Assembly: GCA_013426815.1 (NCBI GenBank)
Contig: JACDZH010000001.1
Coordinates: forward strand, 14,934-78,933
DNA: 64,000 bases
Direction of reading: 5' to 3'
Source of the DNA: Paludibacter sp.
GTDB lineage: Bacteria; Bacteroidota; Bacteroidia; Bacteroidales; Paludibacteraceae
Shown one piece after another: positions 29,237 through 41,400 of this stretch (position 1 is its first letter; every line of letters starts with the position of its first letter). A model generated the notes under the pieces. It worked only from the letters and a program-made list of their open reading frames with translations. It did not search any database and was not told the origin of the DNA. Made by a program: the position numbers and the translations under genes.

Positions 29237-31621
29237 TTAAATGTTGGTTGTGTTTTCAGCAGATTCTATTAATATTTTCACAATTTTTTCTACGAAATTT
29301 TGTCCAAAAGTCCTGACATGAACAAAATATAAACCTTTTTCAAGTTGATTAATAGCCAATTGATAGTTATTCATCTGTTTCATCAAACTTTTTCCTGCCA
29401 TATCAAAAATCTCCACTTCCCATTCGTTATCAATATCTTTCATACTAATATTAAGAATATCAGTAACAGGGTTAGGGAATATTGGGTTAAAAGCCTTCTC
29501 TTTAAAAGATTTGATTGAAGTCAATGGTGAGTCGGAAAAAATCAAAGATGATAGCCGCCATTTTGAGAGTATCCATGAATAAGTTTCGGCTCCCTGAACT
29601 TGTGAACTTGAAACGAGCGTTTTTCCATTATAAACATTCATGTATTTTATACCTGCACCTGGTATTTTGACCTTTATTGTAGTAGGGAAATCTAAGGTAT
29701 CCACTGCAAAAATCCCGATATTTCCTGCATCGTCCTGCCAGGTATTGTGTAAAGCTCCCGGAGCCGATTGTACAGCCGGCTTTAGCAAACTTCCATAAAG
29801 TAAGAAGTCTTTTCCATGGGTTTTCATCACATCGTAATAATCTTTCAACACATCAACCGAAATCTGATCTGTAATACTTGTTGTAGGTGACGAAGCGTAG
29901 GTATTCCAAAACGCAATACTTGGAACCTGTCCATACACAATTAATGCCGCCAATTGTGTATTTCTTTTGGCATTAGCAGTTACTAATCCAAAAATTGCTG
30001 GAATATAGTTGTGATAGATATACAAGAAAAGCGGGAGTATATTTTTCCTACTTGAAATGATATGGAAATTTCGGGTTTGATAGCCCGTCAGTATCATGTT
30101 TTGAATTTCGGAGCCATTTTCTCTCGACAGAATAAAATCCTTGTTTCCCCTTCGTACTGCTTCTGCCTTGATTTCGCTGAAAACTGAATTCATAGTTTGA
30201 GCTTCCCAATTGCCATAAGCAATAGTATGTCCATGTGCAGGATTGTAACAAGGACCACCCAATCCAATCATGTGGTCGGCATCATTATGGATATGAGTTA
30301 CACCCATATCGAATAGTTTATTTGATAACGATTGAAAGTAAGACTTCCCAAAATCTGTTCCACGGCAAAGGAATGATGTTAATCTGGTTTGGTTCGTTTG
30401 TTCCCAGACTTTTCCGTCGATTTGAGTACGACAAAGATCTGAACCATTGTTAGTTTCATAATAATCAGAAAGAGCATTATTAACTTGTGTCGACTCATTG
30501 GTAAGACCTTTTACCCAGTGATATGGTTCTGGAAATCCAGCAACAGTTATTCCAGCATCTTTGAGGTCAGCATTGATTTTTACAAACTGTTCGTCACCAA
30601 TCTTTGTTGGAAAATAATCAGAACCCACCCAATTTCCATATTTTTCCCACCCAAGAGGGCGATAAATAACAGGACATTCAAATTTGGTAGCCCAGTCCTT
30701 TAATGTCGAAACTAAAGTGTTCAGATTTTCTTTATCTACCTGAGTACTGATTACTAAAGGAGGACTGTGTAAAAGAGTGGATACATCTTTACGGTCTTTC
30801 AACTTGGTGGCACACCAAAATTGTTTGCTTGCCCAATTGCGGTAAACCTCTGCCCCATCCTGCCAATCTTTTCCATGTAATGTAATTTTGGTAGCATAAG
30901 TTGCGTTCCAATTGCTGTAATTTAAAGGGAGGAAATGGCGAACAGCAAAGTTTGCTGAACCATTTCCGGTCAAGTACCCGAATGATTTCGCATTTCCCTG
31001 AGTGTCATCGCACCACATGGAAAAACCAGCAATAGGAAATGTAACTATCCCTATCTGAACCGTTTGGCTACCCGGGTAAACTCTCCAATATTGAATGGCT
31101 TGCGAAAGCAATCGCGTATGACCTTCGACACATGGTTCCAAAAATTGCTTGACAGTATCGTTGTATTGCTGAGGAGTTCTGAATCGTGGAAAATCAACCT
31201 GACTGAGCAAATAACCTGAATTTTTTAATTCAACATTTATTGTCCATGAAAATTCAGCATCTGAAGCTCCAAGTGATACACCTACAAAAGCTTTTACAGT
31301 ATTATTCTCTAAGCTAAAATCAGCATGTGTTTCTGATGAATTCAACACCGATACTTTCAGTATATTAGCATTGATAACAACTGGATCACCCAATGTTGAA
31401 GCATTCAAATAAGTTGCCCCGAATATTCCATTAGCTGAAATAAAATCAGGAGAAATGTGTTCAAGATTTCTTACTTTGTCGTACAAAGATGAAATATGTT
31501 TACCATCGGTAATCATTTTCACTTTTTCGTTTTCCAAGGTAATATTTTGGGAATTTGCAATATCCGTTATAAATAGTGCTAAAACTACCAAAATAAACAT
31601 CATTTCCCACCTGATTTTCAT
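29237..31621 (-). CDS. T9SS-secreted putative glycoside hydrolase of unknown family (DUF6259-like)
   Basis: Signal peptide; WQDGAEVYRNWA, GWEKYG, YFP, SRENGSE, LPLFLYIYH; CTD IFPNPVTD...IFDMAGK...KGLYFV. Confidence 0.55.
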   Translation of the reverse strand: MKIRWEMMFILVVLALFITDIANSQNITLENEKVKMITDGKHISSLYDKVRNLEHISPDFISANGIFGATYLNASTLGDPVVINANILKVSVLNSSETHADFSLENNTVKAFVGVSLGASDAEFSWTINVELKNSGYLLSQVDFPRFRTPQQYNDTVKQFLEPCVEGHTRLLSQAIQYWRVYPGSQTVQIGIVTFPIAGFSMWCDDTQGNAKSFGYLTGNGSANFAVRHFLPLNYSNWNATYATKITLHGKDWQDGAEVYRNWASKQFWCATKLKDRKDVSTLLHSPPLVISTQVDKENLNTLVSTLKDWATKFECPVIYRPLGWEKYGNWVGSDYFPTKIGDEQFVKINADLKDAGITVAGFPEPYHWVKGLTNESTQVNNALSDYYETNNGSDLCRTQIDGKVWEQTNQTRLTSFLCRGTDFGKSYFQSLSNKLFDMGVTHIHNDADHMIGLGGPCYNPAHGHTIAYGNWEAQTMNSVFSEIKAEAVRRGNKDFILSRENGSEIQNMILTGYQTRNFHIISSRKNILPLFLYIYHNYIPAIFGLVTANAKRNTQLAALIVYGQVPSIAFWNTYASSPTTSITDQISVDVLKDYYDVMKTHGKDFLLYGSLLKPAVQSAPGALHNTWQDDAGNIGIFAVDTLDFPTTIKVKIPGAGIKYMNVYNGKTLVSSSQVQGAETYSWILSKWRLSSLIFSDSPLTSIKSFKEKAFNPIFPNPVTDILNISMKDIDNEWEVEIFDMAGKSLMKQMNNYQLAINQLEKGLYFVHVRTFGQNFVEKIVKILIESAENTTNI

Positions 31622-31678
31622 GGATATAAATATTTAAAAATTATTTAATTCATCTTTTTAACAATATTTAGGTTTTAA

Positions 31679-34075
31679 TTATTTTCTTCCAGCTAAATAT
31701 CCCCAAACAAAAGAGGTTGACTGCATGGTTTGATGTACAGTAAATTCGTTCATAGGCGGATATATAAATACATCGTAATACGACTCTGTAGCAGGCCATA
31801 TTTTGCCCTCAGGATAAAGTCGTTGCATTATTTTTTTAGAATTTGTGTGTTTTGGATGAAGTGGATCAATCGGTCCTCCTACAGTGATTCCCTCGTAAAC
31901 TTTCTGATTGGAGTTGTAAGCATCTTCGTGCAAAGGATGTTGTGGATAATTGCTACCCACACCGGTTACATAACACATATTCACAGGATTTGCACCAGCT
32001 CCGGTTAAAGCCGAATTCACTATTGCCGCAAGATATTCTTTCTTTCCGGTCAGGTAATGAGCACGGCACAGTACATGCGACCCTGGTGAACTAAGTGCAC
32101 TCCACCACAATTCACGCATTTTGCCTCCTGAATAATGGAAATCGGATTCCGCGCATTTTTCTATATCCTGATCTGCACTCCGAATGAGTGAGTTCATAAT
32201 ATTCTGTTGAATTTCTTTGTTTACTCCTGCATGTTTGGTTAGTAAATATGTCCATCCTGCTTCGCCTCCCGGATCAGCATTTGCACCAGAATGACTTGTA
32301 TAGAAAATGGCATCGGGTTTGGAGAATCGGGTATTGGCAATAAAAATGGTGTTGAATTTTTCATCGCCGGTAAGTCTGTACAATTCAGCAGCAGCAAGCC
32401 CGCGATTAATTCCCATTCTTTCATCAACTGCTGGCCCGATGCCTTTCTCTGCCCATTCAAAGGCTTTCAGGGCAGATTCCATATATCCTTTAGAAATTTC
32501 AGGCGATTGATTATTTTTAAACCAAAGAGCTGCACGGGCACTAATTGCAGTATAATGATATGCTACCTCTCTTGTTCTGCCAAATACCATGATTGGTAGG
32601 GACTCCTGCCAGCTACACTCACCCCTGCGAGGATGTTCTCCGGAATTAATTCCTCCATAAACGCTTCCATCGGCTTGTTGTAATCGTCGTAGAAAGTCCA
32701 CTTCCCAAAGTGCTTCATTGACCAAATCAGGAATATTATCCTTCGATTCTGGAATGTTGAAATTCCATTTTGAATAAGTAGCAGGGAACATCTCGGCTAA
32801 GTCGAACAAAAACATCGGCAACAAGGCATGATCAGGTCTCCGGTCAAAATCTCCGGCATCCATATAACCGCCCCAGGCATTTGGTAAAATCTGGTTAGTA
32901 AGGTTCTTTTGCAGGTTTTGAAATCCGCCTCTGCTTGGTTTATATGTGAGTAATACAGCCTTCTGTTCAGGTGTTAGTATCCTAATGGAAGGATCTTCAC
33001 CAGGCTTTACAGGTTCCGAAATATAGACTTTTACTCCATCTGCAGGATGGAACGAACGCGGACGAATAAAATTGGTATAGGGTGGACCTAATTCAATACC
33101 ACTTCGTTGGCAATAAAGACCACGCATTGATTTAACAAAAGCATTTTTCCATGCATCATCACTAATTTCGAAAGGATAAGAGCAACCCACACCTTCGACA
33201 CTTACGCGGTAATTTCCTTTTGTAGTGAAACCTGAAAAATCAAGTTCGAAAATGTCGGCTTTAGTTTTATTGCCATCGTAGTTAGCGTTTTTAAGTAGTC
33301 TTGTTTTTCCTGAAAAAGCTACATTACCTGTTTTAACATCAATCAAACTAAAAGTTTTATCAGCAGGATAGCTTAAATTACCACCATCGCCCATCCAAAA
33401 CGAGAGGAAAGCCAATTTTGAAGGATCATCACCCCTAAATCCAACCTGATTTATGTGAACAGCTTCGCTGAAAAGTTTTTTTGAGTCGAAAGTAAAAGTG
33501 CTCTCAATTTGAGAAAGAAGTTTTTCTTTAAATGAAACTGTGTAAGTTTTGCCTGTTTCCAATGGCTTGCTCAATTTTAGTATCAGATGGTGTTCCATCT
33601 GAAAGCCTTCCAATCCGGGAGCACGTACGCAATCAACGGGTTTTGATTTGCGATAAACTTGTTGAATTTCAATACGTTTTTCAGTATCTTTTTCTTTTAC
33701 GGTGTAGCTGTCTTTTTTCATTGCTACTAAAATATCCAATGTATCACCAACCAATTTATCGGGAGTGAACATAATTTTGCCCTCACTTCCAACAAGTGCT
33801 CCAATCGTCTTACCATTGCGTTTGATAAAGCGATGCATGATTTGGATGGAGATTTCATCACCAGCTTGCTTTTCATAAGGTACCTGTTTACCATGTTCTA
33901 CCCACTGGGATTGAACGGTGAAAACCAGGACATCAGGTGCAGCCATACTTACCTGATGTAATTGGGGTTTTGATTGATTGCTTTCAGGCAGATTTAATGC
34001 TTTGGCATTTAAAATACCGATTACAAGAAGTATTGCAATAAATGATAAATAAATTTTGGTTTTAATTGGTTTCAT
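31679..34075 (-). CDS. GH9 endoglucanase with an N-terminal Ig-like (CelD_N) domain
   Basis: HINQVGF, GGYMDAGDFDRR, EALWEVDFL, GANPVNMCYVTGVG..PQHPLH, YYD...NEFTV. Confidence 0.88.
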   Translation of the reverse strand: MKPIKTKIYLSFIAILLVIGILNAKALNLPESNQSKPQLHQVSMAAPDVLVFTVQSQWVEHGKQVPYEKQAGDEISIQIMHRFIKRNGKTIGALVGSEGKIMFTPDKLVGDTLDILVAMKKDSYTVKEKDTEKRIEIQQVYRKSKPVDCVRAPGLEGFQMEHHLILKLSKPLETGKTYTVSFKEKLLSQIESTFTFDSKKLFSEAVHINQVGFRGDDPSKLAFLSFWMGDGGNLSYPADKTFSLIDVKTGNVAFSGKTRLLKNANYDGNKTKADIFELDFSGFTTKGNYRVSVEGVGCSYPFEISDDAWKNAFVKSMRGLYCQRSGIELGPPYTNFIRPRSFHPADGVKVYISEPVKPGEDPSIRILTPEQKAVLLTYKPSRGGFQNLQKNLTNQILPNAWGGYMDAGDFDRRPDHALLPMFLFDLAEMFPATYSKWNFNIPESKDNIPDLVNEALWEVDFLRRLQQADGSVYGGINSGEHPRRGECSWQESLPIMVFGRTREVAYHYTAISARAALWFKNNQSPEISKGYMESALKAFEWAEKGIGPAVDERMGINRGLAAAELYRLTGDEKFNTIFIANTRFSKPDAIFYTSHSGANADPGGEAGWTYLLTKHAGVNKEIQQNIMNSLIRSADQDIEKCAESDFHYSGGKMRELWWSALSSPGSHVLCRAHYLTGKKEYLAAIVNSALTGAGANPVNMCYVTGVGSNYPQHPLHEDAYNSNQKVYEGITVGGPIDPLHPKHTNSKKIMQRLYPEGKIWPATESYYDVFIYPPMNEFTVHQTMQSTSFVWGYLAGRK

Positions 34076-34155
34076 TTAAATTATTTTATTTAAAAAATAC
34101 ATTTGATAATTCATTGATAAATAAGTATTTAATTAATAATTAAATTATGTTTTAT

Positions 34156-36378
34156 TTATTCAAGCTTCAATTCCCTGATGCTTTGCACCTTTTCGTTTTG
34201 ATAAATGATTTCGCCAACTACTGAGTATTGACCTTTTTCTTCCGGAAATTTCACTTCAAAATTGTAGGTTTCTTTCCCAAGGTCGGGCAAATTAACCGAC
34301 ACTTTCTGAACATTTACAGCAATACCTTTTTCGTTGATTATACTTAATTGAAGTTCGCCTTTCCAAAGGTTATAAGTGTCATTAATCAAATTAACAGGTA
34401 TGCTTACAGTGCTTCCAAACGGTAATTTTTCATCCCAAAAATTGAGCATGATTCCAACAGGGTTAAATGCAGGACGTAGGTATTTATAAAAATAAGGTTC
34501 AAAAACAAGATTTTTCACATCTTTGAAATTATCAGATGTTATTCCTTTTAGAGCAAGTGCCCTTGAATACGATAAAGCTGAAAAATATTGAACCCCTGCA
34601 AATAACCGATGCGAACGCCAATACTCTGTTTCCATTCCAAGTACCTGAGCAAAAGCCTTAAACCTTTTTTCATGCGTTTTGGCTTCAGGAAACAAGTTTT
34701 TATAAATCGATTCGGAAACTGTGGTGGGCGAACCATCGCGGTTAAGCCACATCCAGGTATATTCGTTCATGATAACCGGATTTGGATAGCTATAGCCTTT
34801 AGGAACCTTGTTCATATACGGACCGCTTTGTCCCACTGGATTTTTAAATATATCCTTTAGCAATCCTTCCTTAATTGCAACCGGCTTGTTGTTTTTGAAT
34901 CCCGAATAATAGGGATAGAAAAAGTATTTATGACCTTCCATTATATCTGATTCCGATGCAGGTTTTGCCCAACCATTATCCCAAGGGCGGTTCGATAAAT
35001 CTAATCCTCTTACTTTATTGATAGCAATAGCAGTAGTATCGTAAACCGATTCATTCTGTCCGTCCCAAACTACGATACTGGCATGATTCCATTTTTCGCG
35101 CATCCAAGCTTCGTATTCTTTGGCTAATGACTCCGAAGTTACCCCATCAGGTTTCGGCACATGACTTTTCCAAATAGGATATTCATCCTGAATCAGGAAT
35201 CCGATACTATCGGCAAGGTCATACCAAAGCTCTGGAGGAGGTCCAATGGTGTAACGCATACTGTTCCAATGCATATCCTTATACAACAACAAGAGTTTTT
35301 TTGCCCACTCACGATTCCAGGGAAGCATTCCCCGTTCAGCATCTTCAAAAAAACGAAACATACAAATATTGGTGCCGCGTAAATAATAAGTCTTATCATT
35401 CAAGCCAACAGTTCCACCTTTTTGAGCAGCAAAATTTCGCATTCCAAAGGTGGTTTTTTTGTTGTCGTTACCTGTTGAAAGATTCAAATCGTACAGAAAT
35501 GGATTTTCGGGCGACCACATTTTAAAGTCGGGCATAGGAATTGTGAAATCAACTTTGTACATTTCGCCATTTTTCGGCTTTAATTTTGACAAAACATTGC
35601 CGGTTATTTTTTTCCCTGAAATATGTTCTGTTACAGTATAAGTCAGGTTAAATCGTTTACCTTTGTGCTGAATTACTTCTGCATCTACCCGAAGTTTCCC
35701 ATTTGCGATATCGGGAGCGGTCTGAATATTTTGAAGATAAGGTTTCCCCGATAGTATAATATTTACATCATCATAGATGCCTGGCGTGAAAAAATACTTC
35801 TCAAAATCATCGCCTCTGATAACTGTATTAGGTAAATTGTTGCGGCATCCCACAGAAATTATCAATTCGTTTTCTTGGTTAATCGGTTTCAGATATGGTA
35901 AAATATTAATTAGTGTAGGTGTAAAGTTATAATAGTTTTCGCCAATAAATTTACCATTCAAATAAACCCTTGTGTGATACATTGCTTTATTTATTTTTAG
36001 CAAAGCGACATCCCTAATTGGTTCATTGATAGTAAAACTACGTTTGTACCAATAAACAGCATCGTTGTAATACCAACTTTCATCTGTGGGTACGGATTGA
36101 ACAGCTTTATCTGTGGATGCGTGAGCCTGGTCTGTAGCGGCTACTGCCAATTCAAGCGATTGCCATGCAAAATCAGGAATTTGATCGATAGCCGGATTTG
36201 CCAAATCAACCAAACCCGGAACACAAATTTTTGATTTAAATTCTGTTGGAACATTGGAAGCTGTATCTGTTTTTACAATTTTCCATATTCCGTTTAAACT
36301 AATTTCTTTTCGTTGAGCAAACACAATTTGTGAGCTTATAAAAAGTAACACAATCGTAATTGTTTTAGTAATTCTCAT
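34156..36378 (-). CDS. GH2 family glycoside hydrolase
   Basis: ISLNGIW, VPGLVD, VYWYKRSF, GIYDDV, ENPFLY, FGMRNF, YLRGTN, IQDEYP, WDGQNES. Confidence 0.85.
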   Translation of the reverse strand: MRITKTITIVLLFISSQIVFAQRKEISLNGIWKIVKTDTASNVPTEFKSKICVPGLVDLANPAIDQIPDFAWQSLELAVAATDQAHASTDKAVQSVPTDESWYYNDAVYWYKRSFTINEPIRDVALLKINKAMYHTRVYLNGKFIGENYYNFTPTLINILPYLKPINQENELIISVGCRNNLPNTVIRGDDFEKYFFTPGIYDDVNIILSGKPYLQNIQTAPDIANGKLRVDAEVIQHKGKRFNLTYTVTEHISGKKITGNVLSKLKPKNGEMYKVDFTIPMPDFKMWSPENPFLYDLNLSTGNDNKKTTFGMRNFAAQKGGTVGLNDKTYYLRGTNICMFRFFEDAERGMLPWNREWAKKLLLLYKDMHWNSMRYTIGPPPELWYDLADSIGFLIQDEYPIWKSHVPKPDGVTSESLAKEYEAWMREKWNHASIVVWDGQNESVYDTTAIAINKVRGLDLSNRPWDNGWAKPASESDIMEGHKYFFYPYYSGFKNNKPVAIKEGLLKDIFKNPVGQSGPYMNKVPKGYSYPNPVIMNEYTWMWLNRDGSPTTVSESIYKNLFPEAKTHEKRFKAFAQVLGMETEYWRSHRLFAGVQYFSALSYSRALALKGITSDNFKDVKNLVFEPYFYKYLRPAFNPVGIMLNFWDEKLPFGSTVSIPVNLINDTYNLWKGELQLSIINEKGIAVNVQKVSVNLPDLGKETYNFEVKFPEEKGQYSVVGEIIYQNEKVQSIRELKLE

Positions 36379-36454
36379 AAATTTATTTTTAATCTTTATT
36401 TAATATCTTTCTGATTATATCTTTTTGGTATTAAAAATCATTTTCATTTTGTTC

Positions 36455-38269
36455 CTACTTTTCAACCTTTTGTAATAAAATTGATTTCAATTCACAGATT
36501 GGACTAACCTTATTGGTGAGAGCCTGAATTGATACTCGTTGGTTACCTTTTTTAAGGTATAGTTTGCCAAGTGACTGGTTTTTGAATGTTTGCGTATACC
36601 AAACAGTATTTTCTCTACGGGGACGCATCAGTGGCTCAGGATTATAAGAGTTCATTAAATTACTTTCTGTAACTGACTTTCCTGCTTTCACTTGTAATTT
36701 AGTACCAACCGCTGCATCCGAGCAAGTATAATCAATAGAAACATTGTAATAACCCGATTTAACCACATTGATGTTCCACCAGATTAAATCATCTTTTGAT
36801 TTCCAGCCTGTTAACCAGTCATAGGCAAAGCCATATTTGTTATACCAACTTATACCTTTTGTGAAAAAAGCCTCTGGTGCAGGCAACTCAACGTCAGGAT
36901 GCCCCTTGTATCCTACAGGAATGAGTGGTCGGGAAATTGGTTTCTTGGTTACATCAACAAACCATTCATCATACGCATTACTTAGCTTACTCAAAGTATC
37001 GGGAAAGGTTTTAGCTAAATCTTTGGACTCAGACCGGTCATTTTGCATGTCATAGAGCTGCCAACCTTTTCCCTCGTTTACAGCACGCCATCTTTGCGTT
37101 CTCACTGTTCCACCATAAGGCTCAATATTGGTGATTAAGGAATCTTTGTATTCAACCATTTTTTTCCAACCTGCCGAACGGGCAAATATCAGTCTATCAG
37201 GCCAATTAGGTTCAGATCCATCAAATAACGGGACTAAACTACGACCGTCCAAAGGTAGCGTTTTCAGTTTTTTAATACCACATAGTTCGGCAATAGTGGG
37301 AAGCAAATCAACATGAGCTCCTATACGGTCAACCGTTTTCGGCTTTATTTTTCCAGGCCAACGGATAAAAAAGGGAACACGCATTCCGCCTTCATGTACG
37401 CTTCCTTTCATACCACGCATTCCCGCGTTATATCGACTGCCAACATCTCCTTCCGCACCATTATCAGTTAAAAAAATCACTATGGTATTTTCTGAAAGTG
37501 AGAGCTCATCGAGTTTTGCTAATAGACGACCAATATTTTCATCCACATTTTCAACCATACCATATATTGAAGCATTTCTGCCATCCAGCCCCATTGCAGT
37601 GTACTTGTCGAAGTAACGATCCGGCACTTGAAATGGTGAATGAGGTGCATTAAAAGGAACATAACAGAAAAATGGTTCTGATTGGTGCTTCTCAATGAAT
37701 GAAAGTGTGGAATCGGTCAGTATATCTGTTATAAAGCCTTTGGTTTGAACCTGTTTGCCATTATGATTCAATTGAGGATCGAAATAAAAGTTGGCATGCC
37801 CCTGTGGTATGCCAAAAAATTCATCAAAGCCTTGTCCGTTCGGAGTGCTGGGAAAATGTTCGCCTATATGCCATTTTCCAAAACAACCGGTTGCATAGTC
37901 TGCCTTTTTGAGAACTTCTGCAATTGTTACTTCTTCGGGACGAGCAAACTCGAGCCCCCGAGTTACCGACAACACACCTGTTCTTAGTGGGTATCGCCCT
38001 GTCAGCAAACTTGCACGACTAAAGCTACTATAGGGACAGACCATAAATCGATCAAATCTTAGAGATTGAGAAGCTAGTTTATCAAGTACAGGAGTGCTGA
38101 CTTTTTCATTTCCATGACATCTGAGGTCACCATAACCCTGATCGTCAGTCAAAATAAGAAGAATATTAGGTCGCTTTTCCTGTTGTTCGCGAGATAATGC
38201 CGGAAAAGAATTCTGCACTATAATACTTGAAGAAAACAGGAGTTTTAATACTGTAGATGGGTGGTTCAT
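36455..38269 (-). CDS. Arylsulfatase (S1 family) with a non-canonical signature S-S-F-S-R
   Basis: RPNILLILTDDQGYGD, SRASLLTGRYP, GKWHIG, NAPHSP, FLTDNG, KGSVHEGGMRVP, VDLLPT, DGRSL. Confidence 0.9.
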   Translation of the reverse strand: MNHPSTVLKLLFSSSIIVQNSFPALSREQQEKRPNILLILTDDQGYGDLRCHGNEKVSTPVLDKLASQSLRFDRFMVCPYSSFSRASLLTGRYPLRTGVLSVTRGLEFARPEEVTIAEVLKKADYATGCFGKWHIGEHFPSTPNGQGFDEFFGIPQGHANFYFDPQLNHNGKQVQTKGFITDILTDSTLSFIEKHQSEPFFCYVPFNAPHSPFQVPDRYFDKYTAMGLDGRNASIYGMVENVDENIGRLLAKLDELSLSENTIVIFLTDNGAEGDVGSRYNAGMRGMKGSVHEGGMRVPFFIRWPGKIKPKTVDRIGAHVDLLPTIAELCGIKKLKTLPLDGRSLVPLFDGSEPNWPDRLIFARSAGWKKMVEYKDSLITNIEPYGGTVRTQRWRAVNEGKGWQLYDMQNDRSESKDLAKTFPDTLSKLSNAYDEWFVDVTKKPISRPLIPVGYKGHPDVELPAPEAFFTKGISWYNKYGFAYDWLTGWKSKDDLIWWNINVVKSGYYNVSIDYTCSDAAVGTKLQVKAGKSVTESNLMNSYNPEPLMRPRRENTVWYTQTFKNQSLGKLYLKKGNQRVSIQALTNKVSPICELKSILLQKVEK

Positions 38270-38427
38270 GATTTATATTTAAATTAATTATTAAAAACTG
38301 AATTACGTAGTTACAAGTATTTAGTTACGCGTTACAAGACTGTTTAGATGGTCATTAATTACATAAAACATATCAATAATTAGTTCATATTACTTATCAC
38401 TCTATATGAACACTAAACTTTGGGTTA

Positions 38428-41400
38428 TTATTGGTCAATTTTTGTAAAATAGGGATGCAATGGAGCAACTTTTTTACCAAATTTAATTTCAATATCATTT
38501 GTTTCAACACCTTTCAGATAGATTTCTAACCATCCGTTTTTAGAATCGTATTTGAAAGAATCAGCATTTTTTACATTATTTATTTTAAGTTCATCGGGTT
38601 GATATTGTGAGTAGATACGAACAGTATATTTTTCGTTGAGAGCCGACCTGAAAGAAAGCTTCATAATTTGTATTTCAGCATTGTAATTGCCGTCAAGAAG
38701 TTCGGCAGGTGCCCATTCCGAAAGGAATAGCGGTATATCACCCACACATAAAATGGCTAAATCATACAAGCTGGTTGATTCCTGCCATCTTGGAACTTTA
38801 TTATAATCAATAATCCGGTTTTTATTAAGGATATTGGCAGATATACTATCAATATTCCAACCCAGGAAAAGCCGTTGAGTTACATCGGGACCAGCTGACC
38901 GAGCAGGACGATTGCAACCACCTGCCAACGCAATTTGCTCATTATTCATTCGTTGCCCCGACCACATTTTATAGGCAAGTGCCAATTCATGATATGTTCC
39001 TTTGGAAGTATCGAGCATACCAATGCTGCCCATCTTATTTTTGGAGAGTTGTAATCCGCTTTCGCTGAAATGATAGAAACCTTTGAAACCCCGCCATGCA
39101 TCACCTTCGCGGCTTATTGAAGTGAGGTAGTTTTGTAGGTCGAACCGGGCTACGGTTGGTATAAGACTCCTTACACCTAATACTTTTCCCAAAACAACAT
39201 CTTTTTGATTGCCTGTAAGCTCAGCCGAATAAGCGTAAGCTAAACTCCCGAATGTTTCACTATTAAGCATGTCTAATCCTGATGTAGCCCAATATTCATT
39301 CGAACCGGAAGACATTACCGCCCAATCGTTGTATTTAGAAAGCGGATCGTGCATGTAACGGAGTAAATTCCAGTTTGCTTTCAGGGTTGTCCAATCACCA
39401 TAATAACGAGCATAATTTGCTAAACAATAAGCATTATGACCCGCGGCTTCGTTGGCATCGTTAAAATTTCTGAATCCAAACTGAGTTTGAGTAGGCCAAA
39501 CAAATGTGATTGGGTATTCAACAAGGGTATAGGGTTCCCGCTTTTGTGCAACAAATGATTTATGCGAATAAAAGTTTAATGTTTCGAGATACCTTGTCCG
39601 ATGGTAATTGTCCATGACTTGTCTGGCCGAATCGCCATACACCTGACGTACCTGAGTGGCATTGAAGGTATACCACCATTTGTACAAATCAATACTGGGA
39701 GCTTCGTAATAAGGTACTGCGCGCGACAAATCATAAGGTATCAAATCGGCTTGCAAGCTACCAGGGCCTTCGTTACGGACACTGTTATCCGAATATTGAA
39801 GGCTTTTCGGATATAATCCGGATATTAAATGATCTATTTCTTTTTGAACTTTCATCCTGCCATCGACCGGAACAATAGCCCTGTGGTCGGTAAGCGGAAC
39901 AGGAATTTTTGTTAAAGAGGAAGAACCATTTAAGGCAAACAATGGCCCATATTTGGTATTACAATTCATTTCAATGAGTCCTTCGGGCAATTTCACAGGA
40001 GCACCTGCATTTTTTGCCAGAAAAAATACCGGCGGCAAACATATCATTTCTTTTGCTTTCGTTTTCCATTCAGAATTAAATTTTTTGAAACTAAAGCGAT
40101 CGGCTAATAAAACATTTTCGCCTTCGACCCATCCAATTTCATCACAATTTACCGGATAGTTGAGAAAAACCTGACTCCACCTTCTGGCATCGGTTATTGC
40201 TTTCTCCGGAAATGTAGCAAGCCAATTTGTAGTTTCGCCTGCTTTCTCCGGAAATGTAGCAAGCCAATTTGTAGTTTCGCCTGGCGAAAGTCGTTGAATA
40301 CCCCAAATACGACTTGAAAATAAAGCACCAAAACCTTCGTTGCCGAATGTAAATTCGATGCCCTGATTCAATCCGATTGTTTTTGGTTTACGCGTGAACA
40401 CCACTAACAATGGCATATCCTGTACTTCTTTGTTTGTGTTGAAAACTAAAACCCAATTTTCTTTCATTTCATCAGGTTGGAGGATATCGCCTTTTGCAAT
40501 TACTTTTATTCCTTTACCTGAAATAAAAGAAACATGTGTATAATTATTAATATTCAACGATATATCTTTTAATTTACCTTCCCACAATATGGCTGGAGAT
40601 CCTACCGAAACTGTCGAAGTAATAATATTATCCATCGGATATTTCCATTCAATGGTTTTGGAAAACCAGTTTTGAGAAATATTTCCAGAAATCGGTTCAG
40701 CACTTGTTTTTGTAGGTTTTATGTTATAAACCAACTGACGCTCCATTTGTAAGGTGGCACCTCCTCTTATTTTCCAATCACGTGTACCCAAGGGCGATAC
40801 CGTACCATTTTCGCTCATATTATCTATCAATAAACCTTCGTCAACTGTCCAACCAAACCGACCGGTATTATTATTATTAACAACAACAAAATCATTGGGT
40901 TTCTTTACTTTCATATCAGACAATACCAAATCACGCGTTATAATTTCCGCAGCATCCTTTTCCGATTGAATTAATTTTGCCTGATTCATCATGGATAAAA
41001 CCAGATTTTCACCACCAATTTCATTTAAAAGTAGCCTGAGAGCTAGTTCATCAATTCCGTCCATAGACGTATTATGCTGCCACACCTGACCTGAACCTGT
41101 ACCAACATAAATAACTTTTCCTTTACCATAAGTGCCCTTTACAACAGCAGGCGTCCCTTTTTTGTCGGGAAATAAAGGGTCAAACCATTCGGCTAATACC
41201 TTTGAATTTGGTTTGGCTACTACTTTCATACCGTAATGTAAAGGACCGTTTTGCGGATAAAAATTTTGCCACGGACCTTCTGATAATGTTTTAAGGGTTT
41301 GAGGGTTTTCAAAGTATTTCAATCGATCATTCACATAATTTGACCCTGGTGAAGTTACAGGAAGCATAGCAGAAAGCACCGGTGCCGGCTGTCCGAAAAT

